A stretch of 64,000 bases of DNA from Calditrichia bacterium (GTDB taxonomy: Bacteria; Calditrichota; Calditrichia; JAJRVZ01), in assembly GCA_963777955.1 (NCBI GenBank), contig CAVZSQ010000013.1:320001-384000 (forward strand), written 5' to 3'. This document shows positions 32,700-43,615 of this stretch, in pieces. The notes beneath the pieces were generated by a model. That model saw only the letters and a list, made by a program, of their open reading frames with translations, had not been told where the DNA came from and searched no databases. The first letter of the stretch is position 1. The number at the start of each line of letters is the position of its first letter. A program made the position numbers and the translations under genes.

Positions 32700-33119
32700 T
32701 TAATTATTTAGTGCCCCGGCATCGATCCAGGCTGCAATGGTATCGATCGTGGCCTGGGATAATTGCCCTGCCGGCGGCATCTGTGAAGTTCCGTCTCCAT
32801 TCAATTTTTTCATCAGCCAACTCTGTGCGCTGTTACCGGGGGCAACCCGTTTCATTACTCCATCTTCGTGACTGGTAACATCGACCAGGTTAGAATATGA
32901 ACTGCCACTGCTGAGATTCAAATCCTGTTGCGGTGACGTTGCACTATGGCACCCCGCGGTCGCACAGGAAGGGGTGAAAACATATTGCTGGATGGAACTG
33001 AGTTTTGATTGTAATCCAGCTGCTGTTGTATCTTCGCATTCCGATACAATCTGATCAGCACAGGAACACAGAATAAAGGCACAAATAATACCCGCCATTC
33101 GGTTGATAACTTTATTCAT
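32700..33119 (-). CDS. Lipoprotein with a single c-type heme-like motif (CX4CH), planctomycete cytochrome-c-like
   Basis: Lipobox ILCS-C; SCATAGCH; VAPGNSAQS; QMPP distal Met; WIDAGALNN. Confidence 0.75.
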   Translation of the reverse strand: MNKVINRMAGIICAFILCSCADQIVSECEDTTAAGLQSKLSSIQQYVFTPSCATAGCHSATSPQQDLNLSSGSSYSNLVDVTSHEDGVMKRVAPGNSAQSWLMKKLNGDGTSQMPPAGQLSQATIDTIAAWIDAGALNN

Positions 33120-33241
33120 GGCAGCCCTTTCAATTAATAATTTTTAAAAAGAAGAATAAGTTCGATTTAATCCCTGCATAACCCTGCAGAATAAGTACAA
33201 ACACCCTGACCCGCTTATAATATCTATCCGTAATTTAAGAT

Positions 33242-34458
33242 TTATGATTCAGTAGAACTGGATTTATTTTTTTTAATTATAGACCTGAATAACTCCGGTA
33301 AAAAAAAGAAACGTCTTTTTATTACTCCTAATTCCCGGAGATAGTAATTCAAGTCGGGAATTTCCGCCTGAGGCTGGCGCAATATTCCCGCTGCTGACCT
33401 GAAAGTCTGCCTGGGAAATTTTTTCTGCAACAGCAAATAATTTTTATCCAGATCATTCCCCGGTAAAGCACGTCCGGCCAGCCAGCCCAGGGTATCCAGG
33501 ATTTCGTGCAGTACACTCCCCTCCCGGAAAGAGATGACCGGAATGGGATAATCACTGCCAAACAGGAACCGCTCCGGCTTTTCTGAAACCAGCGGTAATA
33601 TTTTCAGGATATATTTCATCCGTCCCGGCAGACATAAAGCCGAGATGTCGGCATACAAATTCCCGGTCAGCTAGCGGCGGTGCTCAGACGCTGTAAGAAT
33701 GTATCAAATACTTTTTCCCAATATGCATTGTGTTTATCCAGTAATGCACCCAGCGGAGCAGCGCAGTGGGCCACGATAACTTTTGCACCTGCCTGTAAAG
33801 CCATCGACCAGGCGTCGCCGGCAGTGAGGCCAAACTTGCCGGCTGCTGCATTGAATAAATTGATCTGCGGTTCGGGCAAGGATGTTGGTATGGCTTCTTC
33901 CGGTCCCACATGCAACAGTAACGGCAGATTTAATAATGCCAGAGCCCGGTAGAAACTCTGCGACAGCGGATGCGTCGGGTCAATTCCCTGGGAAGAGGGA
34001 ATCCATTTGCACAGTACCGCCCCATGTTTAGCGCACAGCCATAATCGTTCCAGGGCATCCGCAGCATAGGGATGCACCGAACAGCCGAAAAGAAATGGCC
34101 GGTACATGGTCGAGATACCGGCAATAAAATCATTGGCGACAAACAGGTGGGTGCTCTCCCGGTCTCCACTGCCATCCTCGCGGTAGACCTGATCCAGGGC
34201 CAATAAAACAATCTTATTGACATTACGTGCCTGTTGAACCTGATTGAGCAGTATATGCAGATAGCGCAGCGCGGAGAGATCTGTATCACCTAAACGGGTG
34301 ACCAGTCTGATACTACGGAAGGCCAGGGAGTGAACAAAGGCAGGGGACCAGAAATACATCTCCTCACTCTCAGCAGGAGGTCCACCCATATGAACATGGA
34401 TATCGATGACATCATCCGGTTTAAGTACAGTCTGGAGTTTGTTATACTTTACTGGCAT
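33242..34458 (-). CDS. Amidohydrolase_2 family metallohydrolase; frameshift ~33665
   Basis: IDIHVH, SVHPY, LLLHVG, IVAHCA, NLYADIS, FGSDYP. Confidence 0.85.
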
Positions 34459-34746
34459 TAATATTGCATAGTTTTAAGTTATGCTTTTACACTTTTTCGA
34501 TGGATACGGTACGCGCCCTGATTTCTGAACATCATTGTGCCGGAGGGCACCGGGATTAAATTTAACATAAACAATAAGAGCTTGCTTTAATTTTCTTTTT
34601 AGTGCTTAGAATGATAGAATATTTCATCTTGTAAACTATCGACTTTTATGTATATTTGTGATAAATTAAAAGATTAGAATTGCACAGACAGACCTGCAGG
34701 GCCGGTCGGAATACTATTTCTTAAGCTAAGATTTACAGGAGATTTC

Positions 34747-35829
34747 ATGGATGTAAACATCGAAAAAGGCAAAGCCGTTGATGTGGCACTGACCCAGATC
34801 GAACGCCAGTTTGGTAAAGGAGCGATTATGCGCCTGGGTGACCGTACCAAGGTAACGGTCGACATCATACCTACCGGTTCGGTTTCACTGGATGCAGCTC
34901 TGGGGATCGGGGGTATACCGCGGGGGCGGATAACCGAAGTTTTTGGTCCGGAGGCCTCCGGTAAAACTACTCTGGCTTTACACATCATTGCCGAATCACA
35001 AAAGATTGGCGGCCTGGCGGCATTCATCGATGCCGAACATGCCCTGGATCCGACCTATGCCAAGAAACTCGGGGTCGATACAGTCAATCTGCTGGTATCG
35101 CAACCGGATTCCGGCGAACAGGCTCTGGAAATCGTTGAAACACTGGTACGCAGCGGTGCCGTGGATGTAATCGTTATCGATTCAGTCGCCGCCCTGGTGC
35201 CCCGTGCCGAGATTGAAGGGGAAATGGGGGATGCTCACATGGGTTTGCAGGCCCGCCTGATGTCCCAGGCCTTACGCAAACTCACAGCTACTGTCAGTAA
35301 ATCGAACACCTGTGTTATTTTTATCAATCAGATTCGTGATAAAATAGGGGTGATGTTCGGTAACCCGGAGACCACTACCGGCGGCCGGGCACTTAAATTT
35401 TACACTTCGGTACGGCTTGATATCCGGCGCATTGCGACCATCAAGGAAGGACAGGATATTGTCGGTAACCGCACCAAAGTCAAAGTAGTTAAGAATAAAC
35501 TGGCTCCGCCCTTCCGCGAAGCCGAATTCGACATCATGTATTCCGAAGGAATTTCCCGGATCGGCGACGTCCTGGACCTGGCTGTTAATCATAATATTCT
35601 CCAAAAAAGCGGTACCTGGTTTTCCTATAATGATCTGCGTCTGGGTCAGGGCCGCGAAAATACCAAACGCTATCTGAATGAAAACAATAAACTGCTGAAT
35701 GAACTGGAGATTAAAGTAAGGGAAAAAATAGGTTTGTCTCCACAAGCGTCCAAAACGGAACCGGAAGCGGATAAAGAAAAAAATAAAGAAAAAGAAAAGG
35801 AGAAAAAACCAGGCGCAGCTAAATCCTGA
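34747..35829 (+). CDS. recA: Recombinase A
   Basis: [50 protein letters not shown]. Confidence 0.99.
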   Translation: MDVNIEKGKAVDVALTQIERQFGKGAIMRLGDRTKVTVDIIPTGSVSLDAALGIGGIPRGRITEVFGPEASGKTTLALHIIAESQKIGGLAAFIDAEHALDPTYAKKLGVDTVNLLVSQPDSGEQALEIVETLVRSGAVDVIVIDSVAALVPRAEIEGEMGDAHMGLQARLMSQALRKLTATVSKSNTCVIFINQIRDKIGVMFGNPETTTGGRALKFYTSVRLDIRRIATIKEGQDIVGNRTKVKVVKNKLAPPFREAEFDIMYSEGISRIGDVLDLAVNHNILQKSGTWFSYNDLRLGQGRENTKRYLNENNKLLNELEIKVREKIGLSPQASKTEPEADKEKNKEKEKEKKPGAAKS

Positions 35830-35924
35830 TGCAGATTTATCAATCCTGAGCAAGATTACATCCTGAACTTACCACAGGCTGGAACCATATCTGTTAAAAT
35901 CATCATTTATAACCATTATTATAC

Positions 35925-36575
35925 ATGACCATCACCATTACCCGTATTGAGCCGCAGAAAAAGAATAAAAATCGTTTCTCCCTTTTTTCAGATGATACAT
36001 TTTTAACCGGAATTTCCGGCGAGACCATGCTGCAATACAATCTGCATAGCGGAGATACTATTTCGGCCGAGATCCTGGCGGAAATAAAAAATGCCGAAAC
36101 GGACGTAGTCCTGCGCGAGCAAGCCTATAGATTTCTGGCCCGCCGTGCTCATAGTGTGCAGGAACTCCGTGAAAAATTACTGAAAAAAGGGTATGATCTT
36201 AAGGCGATTGCCGGCATTGTGGAAGAATTGAAACATAAAAATTATCTGAACGATCAGGATTTTGCCCGCATTCTGATCAAAGATGAAATCCAGCTGCACA
36301 GAAGCGGACCTTTGCTTTTAAAACAGAAATTGCTCAGTAAAGGCATCGCGACAAGCTACATCGACGAATTGCTGAAAAATTTCTATCCTGATGAAAAACA
36401 AATCCGGAATTGCAGTTATCTTGCCCGGAAGAAATTAAAAACTCTGTCGAAGAAAACACCGCTCAAGCAGAAACAACAACTGGCCGCTTACCTGAAAACC
36501 AAAGGATATTTATGGGCGACTATTCAACCCATAATCAATCAATTATTACAGGAGAATAATGATGAGCTCGAATAA
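35925..36575 (+). CDS. recX: Regulatory protein RecX
   Basis: Follows recA; LARRAHSVQELREKL, YLNDQDFA, KLLSKGI, YLKTKGY. Confidence 0.9.
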   Translation: MTITITRIEPQKKNKNRFSLFSDDTFLTGISGETMLQYNLHSGDTISAEILAEIKNAETDVVLREQAYRFLARRAHSVQELREKLLKKGYDLKAIAGIVEELKHKNYLNDQDFARILIKDEIQLHRSGPLLLKQKLLSKGIATSYIDELLKNFYPDEKQIRNCSYLARKKLKTLSKKTPLKQKQQLAAYLKTKGYLWATIQPIINQLLQENNDELE

Positions 36576-37746
36576 ATGGCATACCCTGACTAAAATTATA
36601 AAAGCCGGGGAAGGCAAAGATTTCAGTGATGTCCGCATACCGGGCATTCCTATTTACCAGACCACCAATTTTCTGTATCCCGATGTTGAGCTGGGTACCG
36701 AGATCCTGCTGGGCCAGAAACCCGGTCATATCTACAGCCGTTATACCAATCCCACGGTCGATACACTCAACGAGATCATGGCTGTGCTGGAGAATGCGGA
36801 ATCAGCACTGTCCTTCGCCTCCGGAATGGCGGCCATCTCAAGTGCTGTACTGGCTTATTGTAAACCCGGAGATCATATCGTATCCTCATCGATAATCTAC
36901 GGCGGTACTTTTACTTTTTTCCAGAAACAGTTATCGCGACTTAACATAGAGGTCACTTTCGTCGATCCACGCGATCATGCCCGGCTGGCAGCGGCTGTTA
37001 AGCCGAATACAAAAATTCTTTATACCGAACCACTGGCCAATCCCACTCTGATCGCCTCCGACCTGAAATTCTGGAGCAACCTGGCCCGGCAGCACAACTG
37101 CAAACTATTTGTCGATAATACTTTTACACCACCACCGATCATTCAACCATTGGACTGGGGAGTCGATCTCTCGATTCATTCTGCTACCAAATATCTGGGC
37201 GGGCATTCCGATTTAATGGGTGGTATTATCTGCGGCGCACAGCGGGAAATAGAGATACTCAAACCGGTGGTCAAATACTATGGAGCCGTTATGGCGCCGC
37301 TGATCGCCTGGTTGTTGATCCGCGGTATCCGTACCCTGGGAGTGCGTATCGAACGGCAATGTGAAAATGCCATGCACTTAGCCGGATATCTGGGCAGCCA
37401 TCCCAAAATCAGCAGGGTTTTCTATGCCGGCCTGGAAAATAATCCCCAGTTTGCCCTCAATAAAAATCAATTTAACGGATTCAGTGGTATGTTAGCCTTT
37501 GAGGTTAAAGGCGGTTGGCCGGCAGCTAAAAAAGTAATGGAACACCTGCAAGCGATTCTGTTCACGGTCAGCCTGGGGGACATTTCCAGTTTAATCTGCC
37601 ACCCGGCCTCCACCTCCCATGTATATCTGTCGGCACAGGAACGGGAGAAGATCGGCATCGGTGATGGATTATTACGCTTATCGGTTGGAATTGAACATGT
37701 TGCAGATCTTCGACAAGATCTGGAACAGGCTCTGGCCCGGATATAA
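36559..37746 (+). CDS. Cys/Met metabolism PLP enzyme (methionine gamma-lyase / cystathionine gamma-synthase-like)
   Basis: PIYQTT, YSRYTNPT, FASGMAAI, VDNTF, HSATKYLGGHSD, VSLGD, RLSVGIE. Confidence 0.92.
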   Translation: MMSSNKWHTLTKIIKAGEGKDFSDVRIPGIPIYQTTNFLYPDVELGTEILLGQKPGHIYSRYTNPTVDTLNEIMAVLENAESALSFASGMAAISSAVLAYCKPGDHIVSSSIIYGGTFTFFQKQLSRLNIEVTFVDPRDHARLAAAVKPNTKILYTEPLANPTLIASDLKFWSNLARQHNCKLFVDNTFTPPPIIQPLDWGVDLSIHSATKYLGGHSDLMGGIICGAQREIEILKPVVKYYGAVMAPLIAWLLIRGIRTLGVRIERQCENAMHLAGYLGSHPKISRVFYAGLENNPQFALNKNQFNGFSGMLAFEVKGGWPAAKKVMEHLQAILFTVSLGDISSLICHPASTSHVYLSAQEREKIGIGDGLLRLSVGIEHVADLRQDLEQALARI

Positions 37747-37798
37747 AAATTTGAAATTCAATATCAGGGGCTTTAATTTATCAAGTTGAATATCAAGG

Positions 37799-40409
37799 AT
37801 GGTTATGACCTCAAAAGAAATTCGCAGTTCATTCATTGATTTTTTCAGGCAGAAAGGGCATACCGTTGTACCCAGTTCTCCGGTAATCCCGGCGGATGAT
37901 CCAACCCTTTTGTTTACCAATGCCGGCATGGTTCAGTTTAAGGATATTCTGCTGGGTAAAGGCAGCCGTCCTTATACCCGCGCGGTCGATTCGCAAAAAT
38001 GTATCCGGGTGAGCGGTAAACATAACGACCTGGAAGTAGTCGGACATGATACCTACCACCACACTTTTTTTGAGATGCTGGGCAACTGGTCCTTCGGGGA
38101 TTATTATAAGAAAGAAGCGATTGCCTGGGCCTGGGAATTGCTGACCGGAGTCTGGAAACTGCCCAGGGAAAAGTTATACGCAACTGTTTTCCTTGATGAC
38201 TCCGAAGCTGCCGGGTTCTGGAAAAAGGAAACCGATATCGATCCCAAACACATTCTGCGTTTTGATGAAAAAAATTTCTGGGAGATGGGTGATACCGGGC
38301 CCTGCGGTCCCTGCTCGGAAATCCATATTGATCTCGGTGCCGAACATTGTGATAAAACCGGAACCAAACATATCTGTCAGGTAAATGGCGAGTGTGGCCG
38401 CTTTATTGAATTGTGGAATCTGGTTTTCATCCAGTTCTACCGTGATGAATCCGGAAAATTGAATCCGCTGCCGGCTAAACATGTGGATACCGGAGCAGGG
38501 TTCGAGCGCCTGGTTGCCGTGCTGCAGCAAAAAAAATCCAATTATGATACCGATCTTTTTCAACCTATCATACAGGCAACCGCCAGACTGGTCGGTCAGT
38601 CCTATGCTGAATCAACCGAGCAGGCCGCCTTCCATGTCCTGGCCGATCATATCCGTATGCTGGTATTCTCCATTGCCGACGGTGGTTTCCCTTCCAATGA
38701 CAGCCGCGGATACGTAATCCGCCGGATTTTACGCCGGGCTGCTCGTTATGGCCGTAAATTAAAAATGCATGAACCGTTTATTTATAAATTGGTCGATACC
38801 GTTGGTGATGTTTTAGGACATGTCTTTCCGGAGATCCGCGAGCGTTCTCAACATATTCAAACGGTTATCCATGCGGAAGAAGAGCATTTCAACCGGACTC
38901 TGGACCGTGGTCTGGAAATTTTCGAGAGAATAAAAACAGATCTGCAAAAATCTAAAAAAACCCTGATCCCCGGCAGCGAGGTATTCAAACTGTATGATAC
39001 CTACGGTTTCCCGATGGATCTGACCTCTATCCTGGCCGGCGAAGCAGGATTGAAACTCGATACCTCGGGTTTTGAACAGGAAATGAGACAGCAGCAGGAA
39101 CGTGCCCGCAAAGCGGCCAGGTTCAAGCCCGGTGATATTCCCGCCGACGCCTGGATAATTGTTAACGACGGGGGCAGCACTAATTTTGTCGGTTACAGCG
39201 ATGATGCCATTGAAACTCATGTGGTCAAGTATTCGCTGCACGAGAATAAACTGAACCTGGTGCTGAAAGATACTCCCTTCTATGCTGAGTCCGGAGGGCA
39301 GATTGGCGATCAGGGGAAAATAATTATCGAAGGATCCGAACTGCAGGTCATTGATACCTACAAGGATGGCGATGAGATAATTCATGTTTGTGAACTTCCC
39401 CCGGATTTTGAATTTCGTTCCGACCGGGTGCTGGCGGAAATTTACAGCGATAGTCGCCGGCAGACCGAAAAAAATCACACGGCTACCCACCTGCTGCATG
39501 CCGCTTTACGCAGAGTACTGGGAAATCATGTACAACAGGCCGGATCATTAGTTGACCCTGAGCGCCTGCGATTCGATTTTACCCATCACTCCAGGTTGTC
39601 TGCTGATGAGATTGCCCGGATTGAACGCCTGGTTAATGAACGAATTCAGGAGGATATCCCGCTGGAAATCGCCCAGGAGACTTTCGCCCAGGCCAGGCAG
39701 CAGGGTGCCATGGCCCTGTTCGGTGAAAAATACGGTGAGATAGTACGCACCATTCGCATAGACTGACTTCAGCCTGGAGTTATGCGGCGGGACCCATGTC
39801 AGGCAGACCGGGCAGATCGGACTCTTTGTAATCGTAAACGAGAGCAGTATTTCCGCCGGGGTCCGCCGTATTGAAGCCCTGACCGGAAAAGCAGTTGTGA
39901 TTTATCTGCAACAACTGCGCAGCCGGTTTCAGGATCTTTGTGAATTGCTGAATTCCAGAGAAGAAGAACTTGTGGAAAAAACGCGGGAACTGGCTAATAA
40001 CAAGCGTAAACTCGAGAAAGATCTGGAAAGATTGAACTCGCAAGTGCTCAGATCAAACCTGGCTGATATTATATCCAGGGCAGAAGATATAAAAGGAATT
40101 AAAGTGATCAGCCTGGAGATTCCCGGGACCGCCATTGATCAATTGAAAGAGATAGGCGATCAGATCCGCGAGCAATCCACCCAGACCGTGGCTTTACTGG
40201 GCAGCAAAACCGAAGGCAAGATAAATTTCGTTTGCGTGGTTACCGACGATCTGATTAAAAATAAAAAACTGCATGCCGGAGATCTGGTCCGGCAGGTGGC
40301 TCAGGTTGCCGGTGGCAGCGGCGGGGGTAAACCACACATGGCTACAGCCGGCGCCAGGGATGAAACAAAATTCGCTTTGGCCATGCAAAAAATTAAAGAA
40401 ATAGTATAA
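37799..40409 (+). CDS. alaS: Alanine--tRNA ligase; frameshift ~39764
   Basis: LLFTNAGM, HHTFFEMLGNWSFGDY, GPCGPCSE, NHTATHLLH, then DFSLELCGGTHV and GVRRIEA in +1 frame, GGSGGGKP. Confidence 0.97.
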
Positions 40410-40441
40410 TTTCGCGCTGAGAATAAAATCGAGGAGGCAGT

Positions 40442-41629
40442 ATGCCGGTTAAAATAAGTTCTGCAGCACTGCAAAAATGGGCAGATTACATATTAAATTA
40501 TTCGCTGGGTGGTATTGCTGCAGAAGATATCGTCATGATTAAAGGCGAACATATCTGCTGGCCGCTGATGTCGGTATTGCAGGACAATATTATTTCTGCC
40601 GGTGCTATACCTGATATAAATCTGGTCGCCCCTGATAACGACCGTGGCAGGGTTTTCAGTGCAGCCATGGCCCGCCGGGGCACTCTGGCACAAATCCGGC
40701 GCATACCGGCCTGGCAGCAGGCGCGCTATGAACATATGACTAAATACATTGAAATCCTGGGTGCGGAGAATCCCAATCTCTATGCCAATACACCGGCCGA
40801 AACTTCCCAGGCCATCATGCGGGCCAATGAAACAATGGTCAGCATACGCCTGGCCAAACCCTGGGTTCTGACTCTGTTCCCTACAGCGGGTATGGCTGCC
40901 CTGGAAAAAATGAGTTTACCCGCATACAGCGGGATTATCATGAAGGCCAGCACCACCGATCCCCGTTACCTGGAAAAAACCCAGCAACCTTTACAGGAAT
41001 TGATGCAGCGTTCCAGTATTGTCCGTATCCTGACCAGGCATCCGCAAGGGAGAATATTGGAACTGCAGATGAATATCGCCGGTAGAATCGTGCACAAATG
41101 CACCGGGAAAAATAATTTCCCCGATGGCGAAGTATTTACCAGTCCCGCTGCCTCCAGTGTGCAGGGTGAAATTTTTGTCGACCTGCCGGTTTTAGACGAA
41201 GGGGTTGATTTACAGGGAATCTACCTGCGTATTGATTCGGGAATTATTCGTGAATACACGGCAAAACGCGGCGCTAAAATGCTACGAAAAATAATTGAAA
41301 CCGATGACGGATCACACCGGCTGGGCGAGGTAGCCCTGGGCATGAATGACGGCATTAAGAAAGCTCTGCGACATCCGCTGTTTTTGGAAAAAATCGGCGG
41401 TACTTTACACATCGCGATTGGCGCCAGTTATAACGATTGTTACGTTTCAGATCCGCATAGCGAGGCAGGAAAAAAACAACTCGAGGAATATTTTAAACAG
41501 GGGATTCTGAACCGCTCGGCCCAGCATGTGGATATTGTCACCGATTTCCGTAAAGGCGGCTGCGGTCAGGCCGTGTACCTGGATCAAACCAGACTGGCGG
41601 TTAAAAACAACCTGTGGATTATACCCTGA
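40442..41629 (+). CDS. Aminopeptidase, M29 (AmpS/PepS) family
   Basis: NFPDGEVFTSP, LGEVALG, EKIGGTLHIAIG, SAQHVD. Confidence 0.9.
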   Translation: MPVKISSAALQKWADYILNYSLGGIAAEDIVMIKGEHICWPLMSVLQDNIISAGAIPDINLVAPDNDRGRVFSAAMARRGTLAQIRRIPAWQQARYEHMTKYIEILGAENPNLYANTPAETSQAIMRANETMVSIRLAKPWVLTLFPTAGMAALEKMSLPAYSGIIMKASTTDPRYLEKTQQPLQELMQRSSIVRILTRHPQGRILELQMNIAGRIVHKCTGKNNFPDGEVFTSPAASSVQGEIFVDLPVLDEGVDLQGIYLRIDSGIIREYTAKRGAKMLRKIIETDDGSHRLGEVALGMNDGIKKALRHPLFLEKIGGTLHIAIGASYNDCYVSDPHSEAGKKQLEEYFKQGILNRSAQHVDIVTDFRKGGCGQAVYLDQTRLAVKNNLWIIP

Positions 41630-41697
41630 TCACTCCTGGCATCAATAAGAAGTACACCAGTCTGACACCGTCAGCATATCGTCAGAAGATGATTCAT

Positions 41698-42627
41698 TTA
41701 TAGCGAAAGTACCTTTCTCCGCAGTTCTATTAATCTCCAATATTCCTTTTTCATTTTGTCAGATAAAAAACTTATGCTGATTAAATTCTGCCACTTTTCA
41801 AAACTCTGTTTAAAATCGCTGCTAATTCGGTGCAATATCCGTGATGAAATTGAAAGCCGCTCCAACGCATAGTACTCGAAAAAATCAGCAGCAGAAAAAT
41901 TACTTTTTTTCCCATTTAAAGGCAGAGCTAATTCTTCTTTCGGATTTTTTAAAGCGATGGTAGTATTGATTAAATCATACGCCGGGCTCAGGGAAGTCAC
42001 TGAACTTTTTGAAATTAATGAAAAATTTTTTAAATGCATATCTTCATTACCAATCAGGTAATTGAAAAGCGTTAGTCTGAATAATTTTGTCTTTTCAATC
42101 GCGGGAAATGTACAAAATTCTTCAATGATTGTGATCACTTTCTCCATGGATGAATTATATTTAGTCTCTCGACTCTCTCCAGATAACTGCGCAAAATCTT
42201 CCACGGGCAGTTTTTTATTCTTACTATACCGGTCAAACCGTTTAATGAAATAAGTCAAAGTACCGTCTCTGGCAAAGATTAATCCATGCAACGGTACGTC
42301 GATTCCGGCAATTCTGGCTAGGCGCAAGGTCAGATCTTCATTTTCAGGAATTTCCGGATATAACAAACTAGGAGGTTTTAAGATATACAGTCCATGCTGA
42401 TTTACAATATTAAAATAACCTCTGCTAACTGATAATCTGGCGCTCAGCTTGGGCTGGACACCCTGTATAGACATTTTATCTGAACGTGCGGCTGCTTCAT
42501 AGCGCTGTTCTTCGGCACTGTACGGTAAATCCTGAAGAACACGCAAAGCCGGGGAGAGCTTCTTCAAACCGTTGCTCGAATATTTCTGCTCCCCGCACAA
42601 TTCATAACTTATCGGACATCGATTCAT
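41698..42627 (-). CDS. hipT: HipT-like Ser/Thr kinase toxin (HipA C-terminal kinase)
   Basis: MSIQGVQPK, YILKP, ENE, KRFDR, EDFAQL, GNEDMHLKNFS, LSPAYDL. Confidence 0.88.
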   Translation of the reverse strand: MNRCPISYELCGEQKYSSNGLKKLSPALRVLQDLPYSAEEQRYEAAARSDKMSIQGVQPKLSARLSVSRGYFNIVNQHGLYILKPPSLLYPEIPENEDLTLRLARIAGIDVPLHGLIFARDGTLTYFIKRFDRYSKNKKLPVEDFAQLSGESRETKYNSSMEKVITIIEEFCTFPAIEKTKLFRLTLFNYLIGNEDMHLKNFSLISKSSVTSLSPAYDLINTTIALKNPKEELALPLNGKKSNFSAADFFEYYALERLSISSRILHRISSDFKQSFEKWQNLISISFLSDKMKKEYWRLIELRRKVLSL

Positions 42628-42944
42628 GTTGTTGGCTCCGTTTCGATTACTGTTACCGCTCCGACCAGATCACTACCAACAGCAACGAGTTGACTAAACA
42701 GATCGGAATGATCAATTTTTAAATTCCGCAATAATGCTTCTAATTGAAAGCCCTCCGGTAATAATCCATCAAAGAAAGTAGGAAATTCACCATAGTTATA
42801 TTCTCTTTTCTCCACTGGCATTGTTAGAGAAACAGGGGGACCTTGGTAATGATCCAGATAAATAAATTTATATCGATACTTCTTTTCCAGTTCAATTAAT
42901 AAACCGGCTTCGATACCTTGTACAAATACTTTAGCTTTTCTCAT
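42624..42944 (-). CDS. hipS: HipS-like antitoxin (stand-alone HipA N-terminal domain)
   Basis: AGLL.E, YKFIY, PVSLTMP, FFDGLLPEG, DLVGAV; overlaps hipT start. Confidence 0.88.
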   Translation of the reverse strand: MRKAKVFVQGIEAGLLIELEKKYRYKFIYLDHYQGPPVSLTMPVEKREYNYGEFPTFFDGLLPEGFQLEALLRNLKIDHSDLFSQLVAVGSDLVGAVTVIETEPTT

Positions 42945-43185
42945 AATTAGTTTCCCTGAAGATATTCATCAACGGACTTTCAAATTTTATGTTAATATTT
43001 AATGCCTGGAATATCTTCAATAAAGTAGTATAACGGATCGTCATTTTACCTTTCTCGATATCATAAATTACCGTCTTACCTATTCCGGCCAGTTCAGCTA
43101 GTTCAGATTGACTTAAACCACTGCGCTTACGATGAAATCGAATCAATCTGGAAATAATTTGCATGTCATCCATTTTTATCTCCAT
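42931..43185 (-). CDS. hipB: HipB-like XRE HTH regulator (start may be ATG 43173)
   Basis: IRFHRKRSGLSQSELAELAGIGKTVIYDIEKGK. Confidence 0.88.
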   Translation of the reverse strand: MEIKMDDMQIISRLIRFHRKRSGLSQSELAELAGIGKTVIYDIEKGKMTIRYTTLLKIFQALNINIKFESPLMNIFRETNYEKS

Positions 43186-43189
43186 CTTA

Positions 43190-43350
43190 TTACCGCCATG
43201 GCAGTAATATATACTATATTATAGTTTTTTTCAACTACTTAATATATATCAATTATAATTTTTACTGTCATAGCAGTAATAAATTAAGATTATTCCATAA
43301 AACTCACTGAAAACATTAATATTACCTAAAAAATATCGCTATAACGGTAA
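43190..43350. promoter_or_regulatory. Three 18-bp palindromic operators upstream of hipB
   Basis: TTACCGCCATGGCAGTAA (43190), TTACTGTCATAGCAGTAA (43262), ATATCGCTATAACGGTAA (43333). Confidence 0.75.
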
Positions 43351-43402
43351 TGTATTATCCCATAGGATTGAACTGCTATTTAATCAAAGCCAGATTCAAG
43401 CC

Positions 43403-43558
43403 AATGGGATCGTGCGCTCAACTTCCGGAAGAGTTATGGATGCTGAAAACAGTCAGCAGCGGTTTGTTAATGACGGAAAAGCCTATTCCCGTGGTATCGA
43501 GTGCATCGTGCAGAAAAAATTAACCCGGCAGCATCCAAATAAAATATTTAACTTTTAA
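43403..43558 (+). pseudogene. Short remnant resembling TonB-dependent receptor barrel strands
   Basis: Translates ...FVNDGKAYSRGIECIVQKKLT; no full gene. Confidence 0.4.
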
Positions 43559-43615
43559 TAAATATTATGCTATCTTTTTCGATCTTCCGATGTCCATTCA
43601 ACTAAGGAGAGGAAA

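Noticed and set aside
34560..34746. LexA/SOS box upstream of recA
   Set aside because: No match to LexA motifs I know and no convincing palindrome
35272..39499. Long antisense ORFs (193 aa over recA, 228 aa over alaS) and the many other 60-170 aa overlapping ORFs
   Set aside because: They overlap well-supported genes on the other strand or frame and show no motifs of their own
39755..39775. TGA in alaS (and similar TGAs at the amidohydrolase and M28 breaks) as selenocysteine or readthrough
   Set aside because: The downstream conserved sequence is in a different frame, so these are indels rather than in-frame stops
37799..42627. AlaRS as the HipT target because of proximity
   Set aside because: Only adjacency, separated by another gene and on opposite strands; known targets are not predicted by linkage
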